Origin: an uncultured Bacilli bacterium
GTDB taxonomy: Bacteria > Bacillota_I > Bacilli_A > RF39 > UBA660
Direction: 5' to 3'
Length of the DNA stretch: 64,000 nucleotides
Assembly: GCA_934168275.1 (NCBI GenBank)
Contig: CAKPNA010000001.1
Location: forward strand, 132,009 to 196,008
The notes below the pieces were generated by a model. It had not been told where the DNA came from, ran no database searches, and saw only the letters and a program-made list of their open reading frames with translations. The position numbers were made by a program, and so were the translations under genes. This document shows positions 50,508-59,962 of the stretch, piece by piece; the first letter of the stretch is position 1; each line of letters starts with the position of its first letter.

Positions 50508-51662
50508 TTAATAATTACTACAATAATTTTTCATATACATTTTTACACCTTCAAACATTATATTAATACTGACATTCAAATCTCTATCTATTTCTAAATG
50601 ACACTTTGTACATTTGTATGTCCTTTCGTTTAGGTTCTTATATTTTTTATCAATATTTTCACATACACTACAAGTTTGACTTGAGGGATAATAATCATAT
50701 ATTTGATAAAACTGTTTACCTTTAAATTTCGATTTATACTCTAGTTGTTTTAATATTTCATTAAAACTTGCATCATTTATATTTTTTGATAGAGTTGTCT
50801 TTTTGCCATTTATTATCATTTCTTTAGTATGAAGTTTTTCACATGTGATAATATCATATTCATCTGTAATATTTTTAGTTATTTTATGTATATAATATTT
50901 TCTTGCATTTGCTAGTTTTGAATGAAGTATCGCTAATTTTTGTTTGCACTTTTTATAATTTTCACTACCTTTTACTTTTCTTGCTAATAATCTTTGCATT
51001 CTCTCTATTCTTTTTTCATACTTTAAGATATATTTATTGTTTTCAAATACAGTTCCATCAGAAAGAGTTAAAAGATTTTTAACTCCTAAATCTATACCTA
51101 CTATCGAAGTTGGAATAACTTTATCGATTTCATCATGAATTTCAAAAAGTACAGAAACATAATATTTTCCACTTGGTTCTTTTGAAATAGTCGCATTTAA
51201 TATTCTCCCATTGATTGATTCAGTGTTTCTATAACCTCTAATTTTCATTACTTTAAGTTTAGGCAATTTAATAGTTTTGTTTTTTAAATCAAGTTCAATA
51301 TTACAATAGTTATGATTTTTGTACGTACCATAAACAGCAGTTGTATTATAACTATTTTTACTAAATTTACTTTTGAATTTTGGATAACCACCTTGTTTAT
51401 TAAAAAATCTTTTATATGAATCATCTAGATTAAACAATGCTTTATTTATAGCAATACTATCTATTTCTTGTAAAAATGGATATTCGTATTTTAAATAATG
51501 AGTATAATGTCTTATATTTTCATTTGCTTTCTTATAACCGTTTTCTTTTAGCATATTCAAAAAATAGTTGTAGACAAACCTAGTACAGCCTAATGTTTTA
51601 TTAATTAAAGTTCTTTGATCTTCATTTGGATAAATTCTAAATTTATATGCTTTGTAATACAT
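50508..51662 (-). CDS. tnpB: IS605-family OrfB/TnpB (RNA-guided nuclease family) protein
   Basis: N-terminus MYYKAYKFRIYPNEDQRTLINKTLGCTRFVYN and a C-terminal zinc finger (CSVCEN...CTKCHLEIDRDLNVSINI). Confidence 0.85.
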   Translation of the reverse strand: MYYKAYKFRIYPNEDQRTLINKTLGCTRFVYNYFLNMLKENGYKKANENIRHYTHYLKYEYPFLQEIDSIAINKALFNLDDSYKRFFNKQGGYPKFKSKFSKNSYNTTAVYGTYKNHNYCNIELDLKNKTIKLPKLKVMKIRGYRNTESINGRILNATISKEPSGKYYVSVLFEIHDEIDKVIPTSIVGIDLGVKNLLTLSDGTVFENNKYILKYEKRIERMQRLLARKVKGSENYKKCKQKLAILHSKLANARKYYIHKITKNITDEYDIITCEKLHTKEMIINGKKTTLSKNINDASFNEILKQLEYKSKFKGKQFYQIYDYYPSSQTCSVCENIDKKYKNLNERTYKCTKCHLEIDRDLNVSINIMFEGVKMYMKNYCSNY

Positions 51663-51878
51663 TAATAATCCCCCCTTGTTAGCTTCTTAATACTATACTT
51701 ATCATACAATATTAATCAATGTATAGCAATAAAATTTACAATTTTTTTCAAATTATTTTTTGCTTGAAGAACTTTTCTATTTAACCAAAAATAACAATAA
51801 ACTAACCATTTATCACTAATCTATTGTATTTATTAATTAGTTTATTATAATAATATCTCGCAGAAAGGAAGATAATAT

Positions 51879-52469
51879 ATGCAAAGTACAGAAAAGATAA
51901 CATTTAATGAAGATGCATTATCACTAATAAATCATTTAATTAATATTTATATTGCTAAATACCCAATTAATGGTTATATAAGTAAAGATCCTACACTACA
52001 TTTAGCAAACATCGAAAGGCTTCTTAATGAAAAGCAACTAAGTATTATCAAATATCCATATCAAACAGATAGACCTATTAGCATAATATTAACAAGTCCG
52101 AAAGGACAAAAAATATTTCTTAGTATTATGTTTGATCCTGCTACCGGTATAGTAGATAAAGAAATTATTGACTTTTTAAATCGTATTTATAGTAATAGTT
52201 TAAGTGATACTATAACAGTAATTGAACTATATAACTATATTTTAAGTTATAACATACCAACTATATCCATTGATAGTTTAACGTCTTATATAATAGAATG
52301 TCAAAGAAAGTTAGATTTAAGAGATATAATAACCGAATATGTTGCTAAATCACTAATAGAATCTGATATAAATATTACTAGTAATGGTATTTATCGTAGT
52401 GAAATGTTTACTAAAGAAATGAATACATGCTATCATACTTCAAATAAACTAGTTCTTAGTAAAAGATAA
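51879..52469 (+). CDS. hypothetical protein (196 aa)
   Basis: GGAAG Shine-Dalgarno; no recognised motif. Confidence 0.45.
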   Translation: MQSTEKITFNEDALSLINHLINIYIAKYPINGYISKDPTLHLANIERLLNEKQLSIIKYPYQTDRPISIILTSPKGQKIFLSIMFDPATGIVDKEIIDFLNRIYSNSLSDTITVIELYNYILSYNIPTISIDSLTSYIIECQRKLDLRDIITEYVAKSLIESDINITSNGIYRSEMFTKEMNTCYHTSNKLVLSKR

Positions 52470-52517
52470 TAGCACCATTTCAAGCATTATTTAATATAAT
52501 GTAATAAAGGTGATTAT

Positions 52518-52727
52518 ATGTATCCAAGAATGATGTACAATAATAGACGACCAAACAATATGATGAATAATGACCGATTTATTGGTGGTGGCTTTTTAGG
52601 GCCATTTATTCTAGGAGGTATTACCGGAGGACTATTAGCGCCTTCTTTCTATCCTAGACCTTACCCTATGCCTTATTACGGACCACCAGTACCCGGACCT
52701 TATCCACCATATCCCGTTATCTATTAA
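52518..52727 (+). CDS. small Pro/Tyr/Gly-rich protein (69 aa)
   Basis: AAAGGTG Shine-Dalgarno 7 nt upstream. The sequence ..GGGFLGPFILGGITGG..YPRPYPMPYYGPPVPGPYPPYPVIY is followed by a strong terminator. Confidence 0.5.
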   Translation: MYPRMMYNNRRPNNMMNNDRFIGGGFLGPFILGGITGGLLAPSFYPRPYPMPYYGPPVPGPYPPYPVIY

Positions 52728-52730
52728 AGA

Positions 52731-52768
52731 AAGAAGAGAGCCACAAACTTTCTTCTTTTGCTTTTTTT
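52731..52768 (+). terminator. intrinsic terminator
   Basis: aagaagagag-ccacaaa-ctttcttctt followed by ttgcttttttt. Confidence 0.55.
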
Positions 52769-52820
52769 AGCAATTTGGTTATTTGTAAAAAGAACTCCGT
52801 CCTAAAACGAAGTCCATTTA

Positions 52821-53693
52821 TTATACTAATTTCTTACTTACTAAATCATACTTATAAGTAATACCCTCACTATCACTACTAAGTACATCAAATGACATAA
52901 CATTATCTTCAAAACGAATATTTAAAGTATCTATATTATTAGTATCAGAATAATCTAAATGACCATCTATTATCATTATTAAATTAGATTCTAGCTTATT
53001 ATTAACTATATCTATTTTATTATCTTTATCAATGACTAAATAATTACTATTATCTATTCTAGTAATATATAAGTAATCACTACCAATTACTTCTTTACTA
53101 AGTGATAACAAACTATATTTATTATCTTTCTCTATAATAACATTTTCTCCATTAACTTCAACATATTGATACTCTAAATCTAAATATATACTAAAATCAC
53201 TATCTATTAATCCATATAAACTATTATTGCTAACCTTTAACATATTACCTGACACTGCTATATTATCATAAATATTATTAACTATTACACTACCTTGATT
53301 ATCAATAATACCAACTTTATTATTACCTCTTATTATAAAATATGTATTATTATTATAAAGTAAATATTCATACCAATCATAACTATCACTAACTACTTTA
53401 TCATTCTTATAATCATATACCAAATACTTACCATTATCATTAATAATAACTGTATCATCATCATAGTTAACTATATATGGACTATTTTTCTTATAAGTAT
53501 AACGACTATAATAACTACCTACATTTGTTGTCGAAGTACATAACTTATTATCACAATCATAAAAATATAAATATTTATTAGTATCCAAACTTTCCCATTT
53601 AACCTTATATTCAATAACCAAATATAATATTAAGCCTAAAATAATATATACACCTAAAACCCACACTAACTTCCACCAATTTATCTTTTTCAT
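52821..53693 (-). CDS. hypothetical membrane-anchored protein, Tyr/Asn-rich repeats
   Basis: N-terminal TM (WKLVWVLGVYIILGLILYLVI); 290 aa. Overlaps the ATPase gene by 4 nt. Confidence 0.45.
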   Translation of the reverse strand: MKKINWWKLVWVLGVYIILGLILYLVIEYKVKWESLDTNKYLYFYDCDNKLCTSTTNVGSYYSRYTYKKNSPYIVNYDDDTVIINDNGKYLVYDYKNDKVVSDSYDWYEYLLYNNNTYFIIRGNNKVGIIDNQGSVIVNNIYDNIAVSGNMLKVSNNSLYGLIDSDFSIYLDLEYQYVEVNGENVIIEKDNKYSLLSLSKEVIGSDYLYITRIDNSNYLVIDKDNKIDIVNNKLESNLIMIIDGHLDYSDTNNIDTLNIRFEDNVMSFDVLSSDSEGITYKYDLVSKKLV

Positions 53694-56011
53694 TTCTTAC
53701 CTCCAAATAATTTCACTATAAAATCATATATTAAAGTAAATAACCATACTAAATAATTATCTGCTAAAATAAGTAAAATCATTAATATTATTCCCCATAC
53801 ACTAGGAATAGATAAAAGTAAAAACTCCCTAAATAGTATCATTGATAAGACAAAACTTATACTACAAGCCACTAATAATATCTTTCTAATAAAAGTAAGT
53901 GGGCTACATATCTTATATAATAAGTATAAGTTTAAATATCCTGTTGCTCCTACTACTACAAATCTTAAATTATCAAAATCAACATTAAATATATTACTTA
54001 TCATAATAATAAAGAATATATTTATAAATACACATAAACCTGCCGGTAAAGCATTTCTAAATACTTTGACCATAAACCCTTTTTTAACCTTTGTATAATT
54101 AGGTTCTAGAGCCAAGAAGAATGAAGGAATACCTACACAAAATGCTCCAATCAATGATAACTGTACCGGATAGAAAGGATATTCATGAGCAAGAACTATT
54201 GATAGTATTGATAATATAAATGAATAAATAGTCTTAATTAAATACATACTAGATACTCTCTCGATATTATTAACTACTCTTCGACCCTCATTAACTATAT
54301 CCGGAAGTATCCCAAAGTCAGCATCAGTTAAAACTACCTCAGCCACATTTCTTGCCGCACTTACCCCATTAGCAAGAGCAATACCACAGTCTGATTCCTT
54401 TAAGGCTAAAATATCGTTAACACCATCTCCTATCATACCAACCGTCTTATCTTCTTTCAAAGCCTTAACAATCATCTTCTTTTGTTCAGGAGTAACACGC
54501 CCAAAAATCATATATTCATTAACAATACTCTTAAGCTTATCATAATCTTCTGGTAAATCTTTACCACTTATATACTTATCATAACCATCAAAATCTAAAT
54601 ACTTAACAATATTTGATACTGTTAATGGATTATCCCCTGATATAATCTTTAAACTAACATCTTGACTTTTAAAATACTCTAACGTTTCTTTAGCATTCTT
54701 TCGGACATTATCTTTAATAATAATAAAGGCTATTACTTTACTATCAACTATCTTATTACCTTCTACCTTACCTTTAGCTAAAGTAAGTATTCGGTATCCC
54801 TTATCCGTAAATTTAACTAATTCTGGATAATCTTCAATCTTCTTATCAGTAAGATATTCTAAAGCTCCTAATCCATAGTCTCCTTCTTTAAAAGAAACTG
54901 CACTATATTTTCTAGATGATGAAAAAGGAATTCTTTTTATTACCTCATAATCACTATTCTTATTAAAATATTTACTAAGTGCTTTATCTGTAGCATTAAT
55001 ATCCTTATCTAACATATTACCTACTATTTTATTAACATCATACTTTTCATTAAGCTTTAAAATATCTACTACTTCCATTGTCCCATCAGTAATAGTTCCT
55101 GTTTTATCAAGGCATAAGACATCAACACAAGCAAGTAATTCAATACCATTTAATTTTTGAATAATAACTTTCTTCTTAGCCATCTTAATAACTCCGACTG
55201 TCAAAGCAATTGAAGTAAGAAGCATTAACCCTTCCGGTATCATTCCATTAACTCCAGCCACTGCTCCTAGAATAGCCTCTGAATAACTATTTTTATTATA
55301 AAAATATTGTGATATAAATAATAAAACTGCTGTTGGTACTATTAAAACAGTAACTACCTTTAAAATACTATTAATACTCTTCTTTAAATAAGAAGTATTT
55401 TCTTTAATCGTTGCTGCTTCTTTAACTAAATTACTAGCATATGTATCTTCATTAATTGATATAACTTTAGCATATACTTCACCACTAGTAATAACTGTTC
55501 CTGATATAAGTTTATCTCCTACATTCTTAGTAATCGCATCACTCTCACCTGTAATAACTGACTCATCAACTTCACAATTATTACCTTTAACTATTACAGC
55601 ATCTACGCAAATATCATCACCAACTGTTAAGCATAAAATATCATCAATAACTATATCCCAAGTATTAATCTGCTCTTTCTTACCTTCTCTTACTACTGTA
55701 ACCTTATCACTATTAGCAATAGTAAGACCATCGATGATCTTTTTAGCTTTTATCTCTTGATATATTGATATCACCGTATTAATAATTATAACACCTAAAA
55801 ATGTTGCATTAGCAAACTGTCCAGTTGTTAATACTAAGATAAATAATACAACATTAATCATATTAAATAAAGTAATAGTATTAGATAAAACAATAGTCTT
55901 AATACTTCTCGAATGTTTAACATTCTTATTATTAACAAGCCCATTAGATATACGATACTCAACATCCTGTCTATTTAAACCATCCATTATTAATACCTCT
56001 TTCCTACACAT
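53690..56011 (-). CDS. P-type cation-transporting ATPase (P2-like, PEGL motif; probable Ca2+/Mg2+)
   Basis: DKTGTIT, PEGL in TM4, GDGVNDILALKESDCGIA. Confidence 0.85.
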   Translation of the reverse strand: MCRKEVLIMDGLNRQDVEYRISNGLVNNKNVKHSRSIKTIVLSNTITLFNMINVVLFILVLTTGQFANATFLGVIIINTVISIYQEIKAKKIIDGLTIANSDKVTVVREGKKEQINTWDIVIDDILCLTVGDDICVDAVIVKGNNCEVDESVITGESDAITKNVGDKLISGTVITSGEVYAKVISINEDTYASNLVKEAATIKENTSYLKKSINSILKVVTVLIVPTAVLLFISQYFYNKNSYSEAILGAVAGVNGMIPEGLMLLTSIALTVGVIKMAKKKVIIQKLNGIELLACVDVLCLDKTGTITDGTMEVVDILKLNEKYDVNKIVGNMLDKDINATDKALSKYFNKNSDYEVIKRIPFSSSRKYSAVSFKEGDYGLGALEYLTDKKIEDYPELVKFTDKGYRILTLAKGKVEGNKIVDSKVIAFIIIKDNVRKNAKETLEYFKSQDVSLKIISGDNPLTVSNIVKYLDFDGYDKYISGKDLPEDYDKLKSIVNEYMIFGRVTPEQKKMIVKALKEDKTVGMIGDGVNDILALKESDCGIALANGVSAARNVAEVVLTDADFGILPDIVNEGRRVVNNIERVSSMYLIKTIYSFILSILSIVLAHEYPFYPVQLSLIGAFCVGIPSFFLALEPNYTKVKKGFMVKVFRNALPAGLCVFINIFFIIMISNIFNVDFDNLRFVVVGATGYLNLYLLYKICSPLTFIRKILLVACSISFVLSMILFREFLLLSIPSVWGIILMILLILADNYLVWLFTLIYDFIVKLFGGKK

Positions 56012-56115
56012 ACTACAATAATTTTATCAAAATATATATCATCAGTCAATTAATCTAACACTTAAAAATAATATAAATTAAATGTAAATAAAAACAAGAG
56101 TATATTACCCCTGTT

Positions 56116-56526
56116 CTATAACCATTTATTATTTACTAGTTCTAATATTTCATCTCTTTCATACTGATTAGTAAACTCTATTATCTTCTTAATAACATTC
56201 TGAATTAAAACACTATTATTTAAATCAACTTCATCTTTGGAAAGTATCTTACTAAGACCTCTTTTATATTGACTATCTTCAACATACATAGATAAACTAT
56301 GATCTATTTGATATATAATTCTTAATTGATTAATATTTTCTCCATCACAAGAAAATATTAATTCACGATACCAATCTATTAACTTAGACGATAAAGTATC
56401 ACCATATTCATATTCATAATTAACTATTTTATCATAATTAGGACAATTACTTAAAATCTTATTAACATATCTTAAATTAATTGTTTTAGTTTCTACTAAA
56501 TCTGTATCTATCATATAACTACCCAC
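56116..56526 (-). CDS. hypothetical protein (136 aa)
   Basis: ORF only; no recognised motif. Confidence 0.4.
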   Translation of the reverse strand: MGSYMIDTDLVETKTINLRYVNKILSNCPNYDKIVNYEYEYGDTLSSKLIDWYRELIFSCDGENINQLRIIYQIDHSLSMYVEDSQYKRGLSKILSKDEVDLNNSVLIQNVIKKIIEFTNQYERDEILELVNNKWL

Positions 56527-56588
56527 CTTATCTTAATTTCAGTATAACATATTTTATAACAATGTAAAGTATAATTAACTATTTTTAC

Positions 56589-57294
56589 CTATATTCTAAT
56601 AATACTTTTTAATCTAGCTATTACCTTCTTCTCTATTCTAGATATATATGATTGACTAATACCCAACTTATCCGCTACTTCTTTTTGTGTTAATTCTCTC
56701 TTATTATTTAAACCATATCTTAACTCAATAATTTCTCTATCTCTCTCATTTAACTTATTAATCTCATCAATCATAATCTTCTTATCAAGTGCATTCTCTA
56801 ATCCTTTAGTAACTATATCCGGTGAAGTACCTAACACATCCTCTAAATGAAGTTCATTTCCTTCAGCATCAAAACTAAGACTATCTTCAAAACTAACTTC
56901 TCCTTTTCTTCTCTTAGTTTTTCTTAAATACATAAGTATTTCATTATCAATACATCTTGAAGCATAAGTAGCTAACTTAATATTCTTATCTAATTTATAA
57001 GTACTAACTGCCTTAATCAAACCAATCGTTCCAATAGAAACCAAATCTTCTAAATCAACATTAGTATTATCATACTTCTTAGCTAAGAATACTACTAATC
57101 TTAAATTATGTTCAATTAATTTATCACTAGCTTCCTTATCCCCATTTTCTTTTCTACCAACCCAATATATTTCTTCTTCTTTAGAAAAAGGTTCTGGTAA
57201 TTTATCAGTACTTCCTATAAAAAAACAATAATTATATTTATTTAATATCTTCTTTATTAACTCTATTATCTTCTTTATAATATCACCCTTTCAT
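56589..57294 (-). CDS. sigE: sporulation-type pro-sigma factor (SigE/SigK family); the ATG at 57294 is out of frame with the body by one extra G in a GGG run
   Basis: Body: ..LIEHNLRLVVFLAKKYDNTNVDLEDLVSIGTIGLIKAVSTY...ATYASRCIDNEILMYLR...ISQSYISRIEKKV. The in-frame upstream extension KGDIIKKIIELIKKILNKYNYCFFIGSTDKLPEPFSKEEE matches the pro-sigma-E pro-sequence but has no start codon. ATG AAA GGG TGA (57294..57283) is in the +2 frame. Confidence 0.6.
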
Positions 57295-57408
57295 TAATAT
57301 TATAAATTACTAATAATAAAATTATTGTCGAATACTAAGTTATCTAATACATAAAATCCATTGAAAATTTTTGCCACTTTTACCACTTTTTTTCAATGGA
57401 TTAATTAT

Positions 57409-58335
57409 TTACTTACTTAATTTATTAGTTATCAATCTATCTAAAAACTCTCCATAAGATATATTCTTAAGTTTTAACTCTTTAGGTATTAAACTATGTC
57501 CTGTCATACCAGGTAAAGTATTTATTTCTAATACATATATATCATTATCACTAACTATCATATCTACTCTAGCATAATCTTTACTATTTAAAGTAATAAA
57601 TACTTCTTTAGCAATATCTTTAATTCTACTAACTATATCTTCACTTAAACTAGATATATCTATATATGTCTTATCATCATCATACTTAGCTTTATAATCA
57701 TAAAATATTGAATTAGGTTTAATATCTAATACATCAAGTACTTCTATAACATTACCATCTTCTATCACACCACAAGATATTTCATTACCACTAATATATT
57801 CTTCTACTAATATATCATATCCTAATCTCTTTAATTTCTTTAACCCTCTCATTAACTCTCTAGTATTATTAACTATCATAACTCCCACACTAGAACCTTC
57901 TTCATTAGGCTTAATAACCAATGGATAATCTAACTTACTATAATTCTTTTTATCTATCTTATCACTATTCTTAATAAATAAATATTTAGGAGTCTTAATA
58001 TTATTACTTTCTAATAATTTCTTAGTAATATATTTATTCATTCCAATCGCACTACCTAGTACATCACTACCTATATAAGGAATATTCAAACACTCTAACA
58101 ACCCTTGAATACTACCATTCTCCCCTATCCCGCCATGTAATCCAATAATAACTATATCTAATTTATTATTTAATATATCATATACCCATTTATTATCTAA
58201 TTCATAAGGTATAAATATCTTAACTATATTATACTTACTACTATCTAGATTATTTATTATTTCCATACCAGTATTTATTGATATATCACACTCATTAGAT
58301 CTTCCTCCATATATAACACCTACATTTAATTTCAT
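57409..58335 (-). CDS. ddl: D-alanine--D-alanine ligase
   Basis: ..GVIYGGRSNE..S..TG... and an ATP-grasp C-terminus (..EINTLPGMT..); 308 aa. Confidence 0.88.
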   Translation of the reverse strand: MKLNVGVIYGGRSNECDISINTGMEIINNLDSSKYNIVKIFIPYELDNKWVYDILNNKLDIVIIGLHGGIGENGSIQGLLECLNIPYIGSDVLGSAIGMNKYITKKLLESNNIKTPKYLFIKNSDKIDKKNYSKLDYPLVIKPNEEGSSVGVMIVNNTRELMRGLKKLKRLGYDILVEEYISGNEISCGVIEDGNVIEVLDVLDIKPNSIFYDYKAKYDDDKTYIDISSLSEDIVSRIKDIAKEVFITLNSKDYARVDMIVSDNDIYVLEINTLPGMTGHSLIPKELKLKNISYGEFLDRLITNKLSK

Positions 58336-58361
58336 ATCATCACCAATATAAGTATATGATT

Positions 58362-58388
58362 AAATGAAAAAAACTACGCCTGTAGTTT
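58362..58388 (-). terminator. intrinsic terminator
   Basis: AAACUAC-GCCU-GUAGUUU with UUUUUUC on the minus strand. Confidence 0.5.
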
Positions 58389-59288
58389 CTATCTTTTACG
58401 TCTTCTAACTAATCTATTTTGTTTAATAACTTCATCTTTTGGAATATCAATATTTAATTTATAAGATATCTTAGGTTCTCTAAATTTAACAGTAGGCATA
58501 TCTTTTAATGATTCAAGACTATATTTATCCATTAAATAATCATATGCTCTAACCATATACTTATCTCTTCCCATAAATATAATAGTATATACTGAAACAG
58601 TAATATTATCTTTATCTATCTTAACCATAACTATATCATCATCAGTTAAATATGTATCAGTAGGAATATCATCAATAGATATATTATTAATACTATTATC
58701 TAATAACCCCAACATATCTTCACCAATAGTATCATCATCACTATCTCTATATTCCTCTAATTCTCTTCTATACTTATCCTTAAGTAAACTAACTATATCT
58801 TCTTCCTTAGGTATACATAAGTCTTTATAAAATTCCCCATCTAAATTCATTAAATAACTATTACTATTATTAAATAAATTATCTAATTCTTCTCTAGATA
58901 ACATAAGTACTCTATCATTAGAATTAACAAACTTAGTTAAAACTAAAGCACTATTACCATCTCTAACAATATACTTCTCATATACATTTCCATCTTTAAT
59001 CATTACATATACTTTATCATAATCAAATAATTGTATAGTATGTTTAACTTCAAATAACCCATTTTTTGATATATAAGTAGGAATATTAGCATAAGCAAAA
59101 GACTTTCTTCTATCATCTTCCATATATCTATTAATAGATACACAAGGATAATCTATAACATCATGATATATAATACCATCTCTACTAAATATAGTTAATG
59201 AATCATTATAACCAATACTTACTTGTACACAATCACTACCTACATAAGGTCTACTAACTCTCTCTACTATTTCATCCCTATTTTTCAT
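58389..59288 (-). CDS. hypothetical protein (299 aa)
   Basis: ORF with a basic C-terminal tail; no recognised motif. Confidence 0.45.
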   Translation of the reverse strand: MKNRDEIVERVSRPYVGSDCVQVSIGYNDSLTIFSRDGIIYHDVIDYPCVSINRYMEDDRRKSFAYANIPTYISKNGLFEVKHTIQLFDYDKVYVMIKDGNVYEKYIVRDGNSALVLTKFVNSNDRVLMLSREELDNLFNNSNSYLMNLDGEFYKDLCIPKEEDIVSLLKDKYRRELEEYRDSDDDTIGEDMLGLLDNSINNISIDDIPTDTYLTDDDIVMVKIDKDNITVSVYTIIFMGRDKYMVRAYDYLMDKYSLESLKDMPTVKFREPKISYKLNIDIPKDEVIKQNRLVRRRKR

Positions 59289-59574
59289 AACACTATCTCC
59301 TCACGTCATTTTATTCTATCACAATTATATATATTTTTAAACCACTACTATAAAATATTCTAAAAATACTTCAGATATCACTACCTGAAGTATATATTTA
59401 AATATAATTTAATCTATATTAGTGTTCAATACAATTTACTTACTAATATAGATTGTCTACAATCTTTTTAGAATTTTTTTAATTTTCAATCCATAGAATC
59501 TACCTGTTTCACATATAAAGGCAAAATATTACCATAGCAATTATATTGTTATAGATTTTGCCGAAGTAAACGTA

Positions 59575-59707
59575 CAAAAAATAGTAAAAATACGGACGGA
59601 CCCCGTTAGAGTTGTTGACGTTGTTGTTGTTCAAGTTCCCATCAGAGTCCAAGTTGAACTCGTTAGCATTCGAGTTGTTGAAGTTATACGGAGACAAAGC
59701 CCAAACT
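59575..59707 (-). pseudogene. orphan internal fragment (~133 bp) homologous to the GC-rich 3' segment of the secreted-protein family
   Basis: About 75% nt identity to 60040-60150 of paralog B (..tgggctttgtctccg...aacgagttc...ggggtccgtccg..), encoding ..SPYNFNNSNANEFNLDSDG...GVRP. Homology stops on both sides. Confidence 0.6.
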
Positions 59708-59890
59708 AAAAGTCAAAAACTAACGAAGCAATCTCACGGTAAGATCCTAAGTTAATTTATATAAACTATATCATATAGATTAACCCATAATAATATTTAT
59801 ATTGCCGGCTCCTATTTAGTCGCCGGACTTCACTAATAGATTATCTCTTTGTTAAGGGGTTACCTTTACCTCAAGATTATCTTTATTATT

Positions 59891-59914
59891 GGCCTTGAAA
59901 GGGTTTTCAAGGCC
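59891..59914. repeat. perfect 10 bp inverted repeat GGCCTTGAAA-GGGT-TTTCAAGGCC downstream of the paralog B stop
   Basis: Seen directly. GC-rich stem in an AT-rich spacer with no flanking U-tract on either strand. Confidence 0.6.
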
Positions 59915-59962
59915 ATCCATTCAAGCATTATGCAAGGGATAGAACTAATTTTCTTCCAAGCT

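Larger units (their letters stand above)
50330..51700 (-). mobile_element. IS200/IS605-family (IS1341-like, tnpB-only) element; boundaries approximate
   Basis: A TnpB ORF plus a structured 3' flank. No tnpA is present in the window. Confidence 0.45.

Noticed and set aside
51663-51680. Run of 6 C upstream of tnpB as another phase-variable tract
   Set aside because: Only 6 nt, with no leader ORF or terminator architecture.
59509-59697. 62 aa ORF called in the six-frame track
   Set aside because: It begins inside the orphan paralog fragment and runs out into AT-rich spacer (..YFYYFLYVYFG..). It is a pseudogene fragment and not a real gene.
59891-59914. GC-rich perfect palindrome as an intrinsic terminator for paralog B
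   Set aside because: It has no U-tract on either strand. Recorded as a repeat or structural element instead.
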